In this document: positions 43,110 through 57,211 of the stretch, one piece after another
Layout of the letters: each line of letters starts with the position of its first letter
Numbering within the stretch: position 1 is the first letter of the stretch
DNA from: the human T2T-CHM13v2.0 reference genome, Homo sapiens
Length of the DNA: 64,000 bases
Assembly (NCBI RefSeq): GCF_009914755.1
Contig: NC_060926.1
Strand: one strand, 5' to 3'
The notes under the pieces: model-generated
Databases searched by the model: none
What the model was told of the DNA's origin: nothing
Seen by the model: only the letters and a program-made list of their open reading frames with translations
Translations under genes and position numbers: made by a program

Positions 43110-46100
43110 GTAAGAGAAGAGCATTAAGTGCCTTTGGTTGTTTTATGCAAATGCAATACCACTGAGATAGGATGGGGTTGCTAATTAATTCTGAAATTTT
43201 GTTGTAAAGTCTTTTATTCCAAGTGAAAAATCGTCATTTTCTGTAGGTACGTTCATTGATGTCATGAAGCTCCCACTCTTGCTTCTCTGTGATTTAGGAC
43301 TCTTTTTTAGAAGGCAGACACAGAAGGCTGGTAGGGTGGCTATGAGAAGCCCTGCCGTCTTTTCCTCCCTGCACCTGGAGGGGGAGCCAGCATCAAGAAC
43401 TTGAACACTCTTCTCTTCGTTCATGGAGGTGGAAAGGGAACTGTGAACCCTGCAAAGGACGTCTTCCTATAAGGCTGTCACTGGGCTGCCAAGCCCTAAC
43501 TCTGTTTGGTATTTTGTGGAATCTGGTAACAGCTAGATTCAGGAATTAGGTTACAGATAAAATTGTAATACCAGGAATTAAGAGCTGTGAGAACCCAAAC
43601 AATGTTTACAGGCAACAGAGAAAGTAAATGGTTATTACTTAATCATGGTAGAAAACGCCCATGGTCCCATTTGAGCCAGTTTTGCAAGTTATTTTTGTTA
43701 TGTCATTACTGTTGAAGTGGCGATTCTGCTGGCAGGGTTATGTGAGCCTTCATCGTATGAATGTTCTTCACTGTCAGAACAGGTTGTTATTTCAGCCAGC
43801 ACAGGTCTGAGCATAATTATTTTCCATCATAATTTGTCTTGTGATAGTATCTTGGTTGTGTAACTGGAAATTCCCAATAAGTAGGTGTTATTACCTTTTT
43901 ATAAAAGTTTTCCGTTTTGGCAACTTTCAATTAGTGAGCATCATGCAGGTTCTCCTTCACCCCCTCCACCCCTCACCCCCTGTTTTATGTTTTCAGAGCA
44001 TATTACCTAGATTCTAGGAGTGTGAGCATCAGTTATTTGATTGGCCATCATATAGACATGGGTCTTGAGACAGCCACTTCCAAAAATGAATTCATTTTCG
44101 ATAGTGCAAGTACACTGCTGGGGATGCTTTTTAGGAAACCCTCCCAACACTCTCTCTCCCTTTTTAGCAAGAAATTCCAGGAGAATCTGTAAGAATCCAG
44201 GGGTGCTAATGTGTATATCTTTCACAGATCCTAAGGCAGGTGTTTCTACTCCAGGGTCTTGGGGAACTTTTGATACTGGTGTCTTTTGTTATTGAGTTCA
44301 AAGACGACACCTATATTCGGTTCTTTAGAAGTAGTCATGCCATTAAATCTGTGATTACACACAGTTATAATATTTATTGTATTGCACTTACAGAGTCAAA
44401 GAAAGTAAGAGTACCAGGAATGGAAGCACTTTTATATTAAATAACTACTATATTCTGAGATGTTTTCTAAGTTTGCAAATTTAGTCTACCTTTGCCTGCC
44501 CTGCTGTTCTTTCTTGTTATGGCTCTTCCATTTTTCCCTTCCCTGGGCATTTAAACAGAGAGAGAGTCATTGTAAGCAGCATGACCTTCCTGACTGCTGG
44601 GAAGAAGGAAGCAGTTGACCCGGCTCACCCTGGAGAATTGTGGCAAATGGTAAAGACGGATGACTCCTGTAGAAACATCTATCATGCGTTGTTATTCTGC
44701 CTGTTGCACCCGAGCTCCAGGACGGGCACGCAAAGCAATAGAGAAACACTGAGACCCTGGTGTGCCGGAGGGAGCATGAAGGTGGAATGTGTGACTCCTC
44801 ACTGGCTTGTGAATGAAAAGTTTTATGATGGGAATGAAAGGAGCATGTCTGTACATTGATAATGAGTTCTAGAAAAGTAAGAGACGCTTTTCAAAGGGTT
44901 ATTATTCTTTAAGGAGAGAGTTTATTTTTACTCCTATTTATCTCAGCAGGTGGAAAAGCTCCCAAAAACTTTCTTCCCTGGTTCCTTCCTGACTCCTGTT
45001 TTGTGTCTGTCTACCTCCCTAAGGGGAGAGAAGAATAGAAGAGATCAATTACAGTTCTGTTTTTCCTTCCTTATCTCAATCACTGCCTAAACCTCAGAAT
45101 TAACTTAGGGAACTCAGATATTTTGACTGATCATGTGATGTGATGTAGTGTTTTTTATATGCATCTATTTTTGTGTGATAACTGTTTTCATAGTGAAGGG
45201 ACATAGAGAAAGTGTGATAAATTTGGCTTCATTGAATCCTTTCCATTCTCCTGATTTGACTGACATCTATGCAGATGGTGCCAAATTGCAAACTCCAGCC
45301 CCATTTCTCTCCTAAATTAGGATCTAGCACATAGCTGAGAATACAGTGGTATCTTAATGCACATTATTTGCCTTGCCTTCTCAAGTTCTAATCGTAGGTA
45401 ACTAATGAATGATTGAGCATTTCTACTTAAATGCACTGCCGCTTGAGTGGTACCACTGTGTCTTAAATCAATATGTATAAACCAATTTGCTATCAGGATA
45501 ACCATTCTCTTAGAGATCCAGGGTCAATGTCTGTCTTTCTCCTTTGCTTCTCCCACATTCAATAGGTTAACAAGTCCTATTGATCATTTCCTCCTTCATA
45601 ATATTATAATTTCCTTCTATTCCCACTGTCAGCTCCCTCTCAGCTCTCATCACCTCTACCCAGGATCCTGCAGAGTGCGCTTGCCTCACTATCTCACTTA
45701 TGGCCTCACCATTTCAAATGTCCTGAGTAGGGCAGATTCATGCTCAAAATCCATCAGACTCATTGTTACCTACACAATTAAGGCCACAGTTTCTTACTTG
45801 GAACCCCATGTCTAGCATGATCTGGTCCAGGCTTGTGTTCCATTTTCCTCCCAACCTCAACAGTCTTGTCTGATCATAGTCCTGAACTGCCCTGTCTTTA
45901 TCTCTACTTGCCTTTCCTGCATGGAATTCCCACCACCCTCCTCTCAACCAGATGCCTCCCTATGCCTCAAAGACCGGCTCATATGACACTCCCACTGGCC
46001 ACGCAAACCCACTTTACCCTCTCCTTCCTCTGAACTTTTATAGACCTTTTTGACAATATTTGACGGTTCTATATTGCTTATCTTTTTATGTACTGATCTC

Positions 46101-47169
46101 CTCGTCTGTATTGTGAGCTCTCGTATACAGACTATGTACTCTTAAGTCTTCAGAGACCAGCCTTGAACCTCAAATGTTTTAATATATCCTGGAGGATATA
46201 TTTTAAAGACCTGCAACAACATTAGTTTTGTATTTTTATTACAAATTTTCCATTCCTGATTTATTTGTCCTTCTCTTCTTCCTTCCTCATGGATAAGTAA
46301 AACAAAGAACATCTGTGCATAATAGTAATTACCTGTCCTTCCTGTCACTACATTAGATAGCATAATTGGTAAAGAAGGGAGAGGAGCTACGAAATAAAAT
46401 GACTCAGTGCCCCTGTGATCTCAGTAAGTGTTTCTTCACCAATGATAGCATCAAGCCTCCTCTTAGTTATTTAACAAGTTAGAAGGCTTTAATAATTGTT
46501 CCATTTGCATTTCACTAAATCTGATATGAGCTGTTAGAACATCTAGCAAAACTGGCTCTTTGTGTGTGTGATCAACTATGACTCATTAAGCTGCAATAAA
46601 CATATTAATATATGCCCTAAAACATTCCAAGAGGGAGCATAAGGGTTGTTGATGAAACACCTAGGACTTACCAATAAACCAGCATTCCCCAAAGTGTGTG
46701 CCGAGGAATGCTTGCCACTTGAGATGTTGTATTAAAAGAGAGTTCTTCTGTCAAATAAGTTAGAGAAGTGCTAAACAAAATATCTTTTGCAATGTGCATT
46801 ACAAAATTAAGGACACCGATAAGTCCCGAAGTAAGAACTTTTTATTTAACTGAGTAATTCTAGAATGTAGTAGACTGTGGAACTTTTTCCCCTGTAAGAT
46901 TTGATTGTTACAAATTTAGATTCTTCCTTCTATGAAAAAATTGGAAGGTCTAGGGACATTGATCCCAGATTTCTGATGACAACAGTAGACTGGGCTCAAT
47001 AATGCCTTCCAGTGTAGTTGGGATATTTACTCTTTGATCAGCTACAGTCTTCACCTGCCCTCAATACTTATTTATGTTGACTGACTTGCCCTTTAAAGCA
47101 TTTGGATTTGTAATTCCTGATCCTGGATGTCAGTAGGTCAGTCAGTAGGTCAGTAATATTTAACTTACC

Positions 47170-48435
47170 AAGGGTGATTTCAACTTGGATTTTAAGAAAG
47201 CACCTTAAGTTTAACATGCCCAAAACTGAACTCTTTTTTTTTTTTTTTTTTTTTTTTGAGACGGAGTCTTGCTCTGTTGCCCAGACTGGAGTGCAGTGGC
47301 GCGATCTCGGCTCACTGCAAGCTCTGCCTCCTGGGTTCACGCCATTCTCCCGCCTCAGCCTCCTGAGTAGCTGGGACTACAGGTGCCCGCCACCGCACCC
47401 GGCTAATTTTTTGAATTTTTAGTAGAGACAGGGTTTCACCGTGTTAGCCAGAATGGTCTCGATCTCCTGACCTCGTGATCCGCCCACCTCGGCCTCCCAA
47501 AGTGCGGGGATTACAGGCGTGAGCCACCGCACCCAGCCTCAAAACTGAACTCTTAATTGCCCTCTCAAATCTACTCCTGCCCAGCTTACACTGCCTCCAT
47601 AAATGACAACTCCATTCTTTCATTTGGTGAGAAATCCAGGAATCCAGGAATCATCCTTTTGGTTCTACCTTCAGGATATACCTGGAATCTGATGACTGCT
47701 TGCCACCTCCTCCCCCTCCACCTTGGTCTGAGCCACCGTCATTTCTCACCTGGACTATCGTCACAGTTTTCCAGTGGGTCTCCCTGCTTCTGTCCTTGCC
47801 CAACATACAGGTCATTCTTTACAGAGCAGTTGGAGTAGTACCTTCACAACCTAAGTCAGAGTGAGCCACTCTTCTGCACCAAGCCCTCCAGTGACTTCCC
47901 ATCTCTGTCCAAATAATATTGAATTGCTGACCACTGTCTACGATGCCATTCATAATCTGGTTCTGCCTGGCCCTCTGAGCGCATACCATGTTCCCTTTAA
48001 GTGGTTCTCTCCAGTACATTCCTCAGATGTGCTAAGAACACACCCACCTCAGGGCCTTTGCACTTCTGGTCCCCTCACCCTCACCTGCTTTTCATCTAGC
48101 CATCCCCCGGTTTGTCATACACTTGGCTCAGTCTCCAAATATACCCTCCTTGGGCAGCCTTCTCTGCCCTTCCCTGCATGTACCCATCTCTCCTTGTCCA
48201 CTTAGCTGGTTTGATTTTTCTTTAAAGCATTGACTACCACCTGGCATGTTATCTATTTGGTTTTGTATTTGTTTCCTGTTTATGTCTGTATCCCCTTCCT
48301 GTATTCCCTAACACTGAAATGTAAGCCCTATGAAAACAGGGTTTTATTTCACTCAATAATGTATTCCTAGCACCTTGTACAGCGCCTCACATTTGGTATG
48401 CTCAAGATGTATTAGAAGCAATAAATGAATGAATG
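47170..48435 (+). mobile_element. L2 (L2a-like) 3' portion interrupted by AluY
   Basis: Pyrimidine-rich L2 body with cacctcagggcctttgcact and a terminal aataaatgaatgaatga. Confidence 0.75.
47234..47538 (-). mobile_element. AluY with TSD caaaactgaactctt
   Basis: Y diagnostics gggttcacgccattctcc and cgtgttagccag.atggtctcgatctcctgacctcgtgatccg. CpG-rich, with a 15-bp TSD. Confidence 0.95.
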
Positions 48436-48777
48436 AGAAGTCAGGATGGAGAGAAGATTGGGAGCTCGGCTCCAGAGGTCTTGATAGCTGCAAAGGAATA
48501 ATCATGAGGTCAGGAGATGACAACAGGGAGAGATGATATTGTTTGGAGTTCCAAGTCCCACAAGAGTGGATTTTGAGAGTAAATGAAGGATAGCCCAAAG
48601 GCAGCAGAGAGGACCTAAGAGAGCACAGTCCCTTCCTCTTGCTCCTGAGAGTGGACGTGTGATGGAATAAGTGGAATCATGTGAAGGACAAAAGCAGACA
48701 AAAGCAGAGAGTTGGGAGCATTCTTCTGCACAGGTGTTAAACATATTGGTGGAGGTGGGAGGTATCTCTTTATTTTA

Positions 48778-49640
<863 letters not shown>

Positions 49641-49690
49641 TAATAAGGTCACTCAGTTTGTGACCCACTGACTGGATTTTGTTTCCATAA

Positions 49691-50016
<326 letters not shown>

Positions 50017-52179
50017 TATGCTTACATATTTTAGAGAATTTTAACAAAATATATGTTTCTGAGGCATTTTCAGTAGTTCTGGGATTATGCCCAAGGATCT
50101 GCATTTTCAAAAGCAAGTCCTGTATTTGGAGCCAATGATTATTTTTATTTGTATTATTTTCAAGTCATATCAGAAAATCAGACACTATGGCTCTGAGAAT
50201 GTAGGGTTTGGAATGCATAATTTTCAGGTGATAGCATCTGTTATGGGTGAATTCTTATATGTATCTCCACCAGGTTAGACCTTGTAAATCCTTAAATGAG
50301 TCAATTTTTTTGTTCAATGAAAAATCAAAGAAGAAAAAGCCAGCCAGCCCTCGTAATGACTCAAAGTTTGCTGAAGCTCAGAGATAATAAAATAAAGAAC
50401 ATTTTAAGGAAAAAATATAAATAATAAAAAATAAATAAGTCATAAGAGGCTAGAAGTTCATCTTCTTACCAGTTTTTACGAAATCTATATTCAGTATAAT
50501 GGTCCATCTTTTAACAACTATATATTTCAATTACATGAGTATCTAAAATGTTTCCTATGTATTATCAACAGCAATGCATTTCAAAACCAACAGTGGCCTG
50601 TTCATTCAAAGCCCACTGGTGACATATTAAGGCCATCCCCAGCAGTGACTCAGTGGGACCATGTGCTGGTGTAACCATGGGATAGTGGCATGGCCATTCA
50701 CAGCAGATTTCAGCAGCATCTGTTATACAGGAAACTCATTATAAGTAAAGAAGGTGCCTGGAAAACCAGACAGTAAAAATGTCTCTCATCAACATCTATC
50801 CTTTATGTGCAAAGTTTTCATAACAAGTTTTCTTGTTGAACAAACAGGCTAATAAAAAGATCCCCCAGCATATACGTGAACTGAATTGGAATGTGTCTCC
50901 TCCGACTGAGCCTCTGTAGCATCTTCAAATCGCTCTGTTGAATGAAATAACTAAATCACTACTTTGAAACATAGTGTCAAATCTTCTAAATAGGAAATGG
51001 ATTTCCTTGAGTTGTGAAAAGTAGCATGTTATCTCAAACAAAAATGTTCTAATTTCTAAAGAAAAGAAAGTCAAGCATCCCTGATTTGATACCTAACCTC
51101 CAATTACAATCACCTCCAGTGTTACCAGTAAGGAGGAATATAACCTGAATTATTAGCTCTGTGTAGAATTCCACTGGACCCAGGGATTTGCAGGATGACC
51201 CTGGAACCCAGCTGTCAGTTCAGAGAGAAACACTAACCTGATCTGAAAATCTGCAGTGTCCCCTCTGGAGTGCTAGGTATATTTAAATTATTGAGTTGAT
51301 TCAAATTTCAGTTTAGCCTTTTTGGGAATCCACTCATCCCATGGAATCAACTTTTTGGGACTTAGGACCAGTGTCAGTGAGAAAATAATATTTGTTTGCA
51401 AAAGCTCAGACTGGGACCAATTTTTGTTACTTGGATGCAAACTGGGTATTTTGAAGAGTCTAAATATTAGGCAAAGTTTATGAACAAACCAATAGAATAA
51501 CACCAGCAATAGCTAATATTTCATGAGCTCTCACTGTGGAAGGCTGGAAGTGTCATCACTTTGTTCAAAGAACAAAGTGTGGCCAAAGTGGTGAAATGTC
51601 TTGCCAACAGCTAATGAGCAGTGGAGACAGGATTTGCTCCCTGGAACCCAGTTTCTGGAGCCCTTGTTCTTGGCCCCTCCACTATTAGATGTTGTAATGC
51701 TTGCCAAGCTGGATGTCCAGGCCTCCTGTATACTTTGAAGTGAACCTTGTAGGCAGCATTTGTCAATCATTTTTTAGTTAGGTATTGCCTCCTCATTTTT
51801 TTCCTTGAGCAATAATAGTAATTTTTCACATCCTTGATGGCTTGGGAAACTGTAAATCAAATGGTACATAGACTAAAATGTTAATAGTTATTATGAACTG
51901 TTGCCATCATAGGTGAGTTCTATGCTATCTGTGCTTTTCTCAATTTTTTGCATTTTTACTACACGTATTGCTTTTGGAATGAGAAGTTTTGATCATCTTT
52001 TTGCAATGAGAAGTTTTATTGACAACTGCTGTTAACCTTTCAACGAGCAGCTCCACAGCTTTCTTGGCATCGCCACCTTTTGGAGATCTCTGTCACTGTT
52101 GCATGGTGTTTACGGTACATGTTCAGTCCATGTCAAATGTGCTGAAATTGAGACCACTAGAAAGAGATTTGTTACCTGC

Positions 52180-52300
52180 AATGTGTTTTCCTAAAGGTCA
52201 TATTTTATGAGTTTGTGTGTGTGTAGCTTTAAGACAGTATTTGGAATGTAGTAAATATGACAAAAGTGTCAGCAAATATTAAATATCATTATCTATTATA
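52180..52300 (+). repeat. Copy 1 of a 121-bp dispersed direct repeat
   Basis: Ungapped match to 53918-54038 with 9 mismatches by manual alignment. Confidence 0.9.
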
Positions 52301-53044
52301 TAATGGCACACAGATACTCATTACCCACAGATGATTCAGAACCCAGTGCTACTTGGTTAGGAGTCTGTTCACTGCTTTCCCTGGTGTGCCTGCCAAAGCC
52401 TTTCAGCTCTCTAGGCCTGCCTTTATCAGGTTTTTACTTTGGAGGTTATCTCTTGTTACCTTGAGATGACTGGTTTTGGGTGACATTTTTATAGCAGCAA
52501 ATTCGTCTGTCAGATCCAAGATTAGCACTGCCTGTTTGGTTCTCAGGCATCACACCAAATAGACAGGGCCACAGTATCATGAGTTAATGAAGCCCAGAGG
52601 GTCTCATTCAGTAGGCCCTTGAAAAGGCCTGAGAATCTGTTGTTTACAGAAGCCACCCCAGGAGACTGTTATTCACTCAGTTTTGGAAATGATCTCTTTA
52701 CAGAGAACATTTTTAGGTGTTTCATTAGAACTATAAAAACGTCATCCCAAAGGACCATAGGTCTACAAAACTGCTTTATTTGATTTTCAACTTGGACAAA
52801 CAGAAAATCTTACCTCCCTTTGTCCAGTATCCACTGTAACTCTCCTGGACTGGAAGTGAAATATTCTTACAAAGGTAAAGGAAAGTTCTGCACATACTGT
52901 ATGTTTTATATTTCAAGTGCCAGACTTCCTGACCTCAACTCCCAATTAAGAGCTGATTTCTCAAAAATTTTAATAGCCAGCACTGGTGAGGCTTCAAGGA
53001 AATAGATACTCTCCTGCACTACTGCTAAGCATGTTAATTGATTT

Positions 53045-53917
53045 AGCTTTTTTGGAGTGAAATTTAGTGATATGTATCTAAAGTCTTTTTAAAAAGTCAT
53101 ACCATGGGACCCAGTAACTCAGCTTCTAAAAACATGTATTCTAAGGAAACAAAGATACATGTTAAAGATTTCAGTTAAAAAAATGTTTATCAAAGTATTT
53201 TTATAGTGGTAAAAAAATTAGAAACAGTCTAATGTTCAACAGGAGATATTTAAATAACCTCTCTCATAGCCACACAGTGAAATATTGCACAGCTGCTAAA
53301 AATGCTTTTGAATATTTAATGCTGTGGGAACCTTTTACTTTTAAAACCTCCGTAGCCACAGTTTCCAGATCCGTGGATTGAACCAGCCATTGTTGAGCCA
53401 TATGAAGAGTTACATACATAACATGGTTTATGTAACTGCCGTGGATTGAAAATATCCCCCCTGCTACAACACAACAATCAAAATAATGCAAATAAAAAAC
53501 AATACAGTATAACAACTATTTACATCGCATTTACATAGTATTAGGTATCACAAGTAATATGGAGATGATTTAAAGTATATGGAAAGATGTGCATAGGTTA
53601 TATGCAAATACTATGGCATTATGTATAAGGGACTTGAGGATTTGTGGATTTTGGTATCTGCAGAAGGTCCTGGAGTCAGTCCCCCAAGGATACCAAGGGA
53701 GGACTGTATTGCTAACTGAAACCAAAAAACAAACAAACAAAAAGGCTATTAAATTGAAAAAATAGTACAATTTTTATTTTGTTTTTAAGAATTGAGTGTG
53801 TATATGCATTGAAAAAAAGCTGAAAGAAGATATATCAAAATATTGAAAAAGTTTATTGCTGGTTATGGGTGGTTTTAATTTCTATTTTTCTGTTTTCCCC
53901 CCAAAATTTCTGCAAAG
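53045..53917 (+). mobile_element. L1ME-type 3' end interrupted by MER2
   Basis: gacccagtaactcagcttcta...aaattagaaacagtctaatgttcaacagg...gaaatattgcacagctgctaaaaa. Confidence 0.6.
53347..53708. mobile_element. TcMar-Tigger DNA transposon remnant (MER2-like)
   Basis: aatacagtataacaactatttacat...gtgcataggttatatgcaaatac...ggataccaagggaggactgTA. Confidence 0.8.
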
Positions 53918-54038
53918 AATGTGTTTCTCTAAAGGTCATATTATATGAGTTTGTGTGTGTATATCTTTAAAACAGTATTTGGAATGTAGTAAATATGATA
54001 AAATTGTCAGCAAATATTAAATATCATTATGTATTATA
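53918..54038 (+). repeat. Copy 2 of the 121-bp dispersed direct repeat
   Basis: Matches 52180-52300. Confidence 0.9.
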
Positions 54039-54256
54039 TTAAAATATAATGAAATTGCAAACCCTACCTCGATAAGAATAAAATTAGAAGTTAAATGAGT
54101 ATGAAGGATATTATGCCACATAGGAAGCTTGGCACAAGTTTTTCAAACCACTTTGAGGTGCTGAGGCATGAGGTGGGTCACCTTTTGTCTTCTTTCCTGC
54201 TTCCATTTGATCTCACGGTAATTTAACTTAATTATGTCGCAGCAGAAACTTAGACA

Positions 54257-54258
<2 letters not shown>

Positions 54259-54293
<35 letters not shown>
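54259..54293. repeat. (AT)17 microsatellite
   Basis: Read directly from the sequence. Confidence 0.95.
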
Positions 54294-54297
<4 letters not shown>

Positions 54298-54299
54298 AA

Positions 54300-54432
54300 T
54301 CATTCATTCAGCAAACATTTATGAGAACATATTGTATATGATGAATATTTGCTGAATGAAAGAACATATATTCTCATAAATATAAGATCTGATATCAATA
54401 CATGTTCTTATAAATATTTGCTGAAAGAATGA
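54300..54432. repeat. Nested inverted repeat built from an L2 3' terminus
   Basis: 54300-54330 matches the reverse complement of 54402-54432 at 28/31, with two further partial inverted copies between them. Confidence 0.85.
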
Positions 54433-55709
54433 ATATGATATATATATGAATGATATGCTCTCAGTTTATAAGGGTGATCAAAACAGTCCAACTTTCTGTC
54501 TCAAATGAACCTACATAAATATTAAAAAGATGTATATGGACTTTTTTTTTTTTGCTTGTATTGTTAGCAAAATCACGTAAGTGATTATCATACTAAAAAA
54601 TCCTTACCCTGGGTAATTTTAAAAGCCTTTTAGAAAATTACAGATTAACTTTAGTATTATTTTCAGGTCACAGTTTTCCTGCCTTTAAACTGACTCTACA
54701 TGTTCCAGAGCGTTAGCTCTTGATATGCCCTGGTATTTGTCTATGTGATTTGCCATTTGTTTATAATTGCCGTAATGAAGCATGATCCGTATGTGCTTAT
54801 ACTCTGGTTGCTGTGGTTTCCTCTGATTTAGTTATGCTGTTGAGTGTTATGAGTACAGAATAAGGAGGAAGTTCACCAGTAAGCTCTGGTTCTATTTCTA
54901 CTTAAAGGCAACTGTGGGAATTAAAAAGCTGTTTATTCCCATACCTTTTATCTCTTTCATAGTCAATATTGCTGAACTACTCTTTGCTATCAATGGACCA
55001 CTTGATGGGTCCACATGGTATTTCTTACAATACAGGGTGTCTTAAAACAGGCCAGTTCAATGGTGAGGCTATAGTGGTTGATTCATAATTCTGTGCAGGA
55101 AGGGATGGGACTGTGCTCACTTTGCTTTTCTCCCTTCAGAATTTCCCAGGTGTGCTGTGTAGACTTTTTTCAGCCACTGTTTCTAAAATTTTCTACTTTC
55201 ATTCATTTTAAGGGTGCTTATATAGAGACCTACTGTTAATGCACTTCTGCATCTTTCAGTGAAGGCCAGATAATGGAGAAAGTAGTATAATTGCTACTTC
55301 TTCAGCCATGGCCTTTTGGCTTTGGTGATTTTAATATTTTATGCTAGTGCAAAGAAAAAACTGTTTTGAAGGAAAATCCACATGCATCTTCTGCTGCAGG
55401 CATTCAGAAGGATGCAATCTATGCCGCCATCACTGCTGTTGCCTTCCCATTAGAGAATATCTAGGCCATCTCTCTCAACTCACGTTGACAGCTCTCTCAC
55501 CAAATTTTGATGTCCTGATCACGAGGTGATGCTGACCATGGTTACTGGGTTTGCTGGGTAACGTGATGGTCATGGAAGGCACGGCTTCCTCACTTCCAAA
55601 AGGGCTCCCAGGTGTCAGACACCAGCAAAGTGTTTGAAAGTCATCTTTCTGTGGCATGGGAATGCGTAAGATTCCTAGACATTTATTCCTGTAATGTTTA
55701 TAACTGAGA

Positions 55710-55955
55710 TGATAGCTGCTATTTATTGGGTGCCTACTGTGTGCCAGCCTTTGGGCAGCACTGTGCATACACTGGATGCCTACCCTGTGACTTGCAGTGT
55801 CTTGTAAGGTAGATATTATTATCCTCATTTTACAGATAGAGGACACTGAGGTTGAAAGAGGTTAATGGTTTGTCTACGTGTCATAGTAAATAGCAGATGA
55901 GGGTTGGTATGCTGGTCTGTAGAGCTGCAAAATTTATGTTCTTTTGTCTGCACCA
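55710..55955 (-). mobile_element. MIR
   Basis: atttattgggtgcctactgtgtgccag...attatcctcattttacagatagaggacactgagg. Confidence 0.75.
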
Positions 55956-56899
55956 TACACCATACCCCCAAAGTAAAAGCTAGCTGACTTGCTCTCAGTT
56001 CTGGAAAATTACAAATTGTCTGGTTTGAGTGTGTTTTTGAAAATAAAATAAAATTAGAAATTGGAAATTAACTTGAGTGTGCTGTAAGGGTAACAAAGAA
56101 ATTATCCCTAAGATTGTACCATATTTAAGAGTGCTATAATTTTTTCTTTTTTATTTCACTCATTTCTACTTCTCTATATCCACAGAAGATTGTGGTAAAG
56201 AATGCTTTGTGATATGTTCATTTATCAATTTGAAATTTCTGTTATTTTTGTCATTTGACATTAGCTTTCATGTTAATTCAGAAGGCCATATATACAAGCT
56301 TGACTCGAGTAAAATCTTGTCACCTTCCAACTCCAACCCTTAGTGACTGTGTGCCTCTCTTAATCTCTATATCCCTTTATCTGGTCAGTCAGGCAGATCA
56401 TTAAATAGTCATTATTCAAAGGCTTGTGAAGATGGAATGCAATAATTCATGTAAAGCATAGAGATAGGAATGTAAAAACCAGTAAATATTAACTGCCATT
56501 GTCATCATTATCATCAACACTATCCTACAGAAGTTACTAGTACCACTGAAATAGTGTTGCTACGTTCAAAGTAGCAGCTATAACTAGAAGAGATACATGC
56601 GAGATAGCTGAAAGCTTGAAGAACGTACTTTAGAAATTCCTAAATTATTTTGGATATTTTTCTTTGAAAATATTTTGGGTAATCTGTGAATATAAAAATA
56701 GCTTAGCTAAGATAGTTAGGTGAACAATTTCAATGGAGTTAACATTCAGAGAGCAGTGGACCAATTCTCTTTACTACTGTCCTAAATTTATAGAAAAAGT
56801 GAGTCTGTAAAGAAATTTGTAGCCTCAGTCTAAAACATTTCCAGCAATGTCTTTATATCTTTGTAATGAAATTTAAGTAAGTAAATGACAAGATCCCTA

Positions 56900-57172
56900 T
56901 TCAACAGATCTCCTGGACTCTCATTTTGAGAATCACGTTTCTCTCCGCGTGAGTTGCACCAAACCATTCAGCTATTATTAAGTGTCTCATTGTCTGTCTG
57001 TTTACCTATGTCTTTGATACCAAGTAAACTAGACTACAGTCATGTTGGCACATTTCCACTTGCTGCTCAGGAGGTATTGAGATCAATGAACACTAACCTG
57101 AGGAGCATATTTTTACCAAATTAAAGAGCTACGGTGAAATATGTGTTCCAGGTTCCTGGTTTTAAGCTAAAT
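56900..57172 (+). promoter_or_regulatory. Putative internal promoter/5'UTR of the alternative OSBPL6 first exon
   Basis: Positional inference only: unique sequence directly upstream of the alternative ATG exon. No CpG island, and the TSS cannot be determined. Confidence 0.35.
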
Positions 57173-57211
57173 ATGCATCAGTTATCTCTGATCAGGGGAA
57201 ACAGAGGGCGG
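57173..57211 (+). CDS. OSBPL6: OSBPL6 alternative N-terminal exon coding part, MHQLSLIRGNRGR (13 aa)
   Basis: ATG in aatATGc context with an upstream in-frame TAA at 57122. Consensus phase-0 donor CGG|GTAAGT at 57212 is in frame with the exon at 60983. Matches the alternative ORP6 N-terminus as I recall it. Confidence 0.8.
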
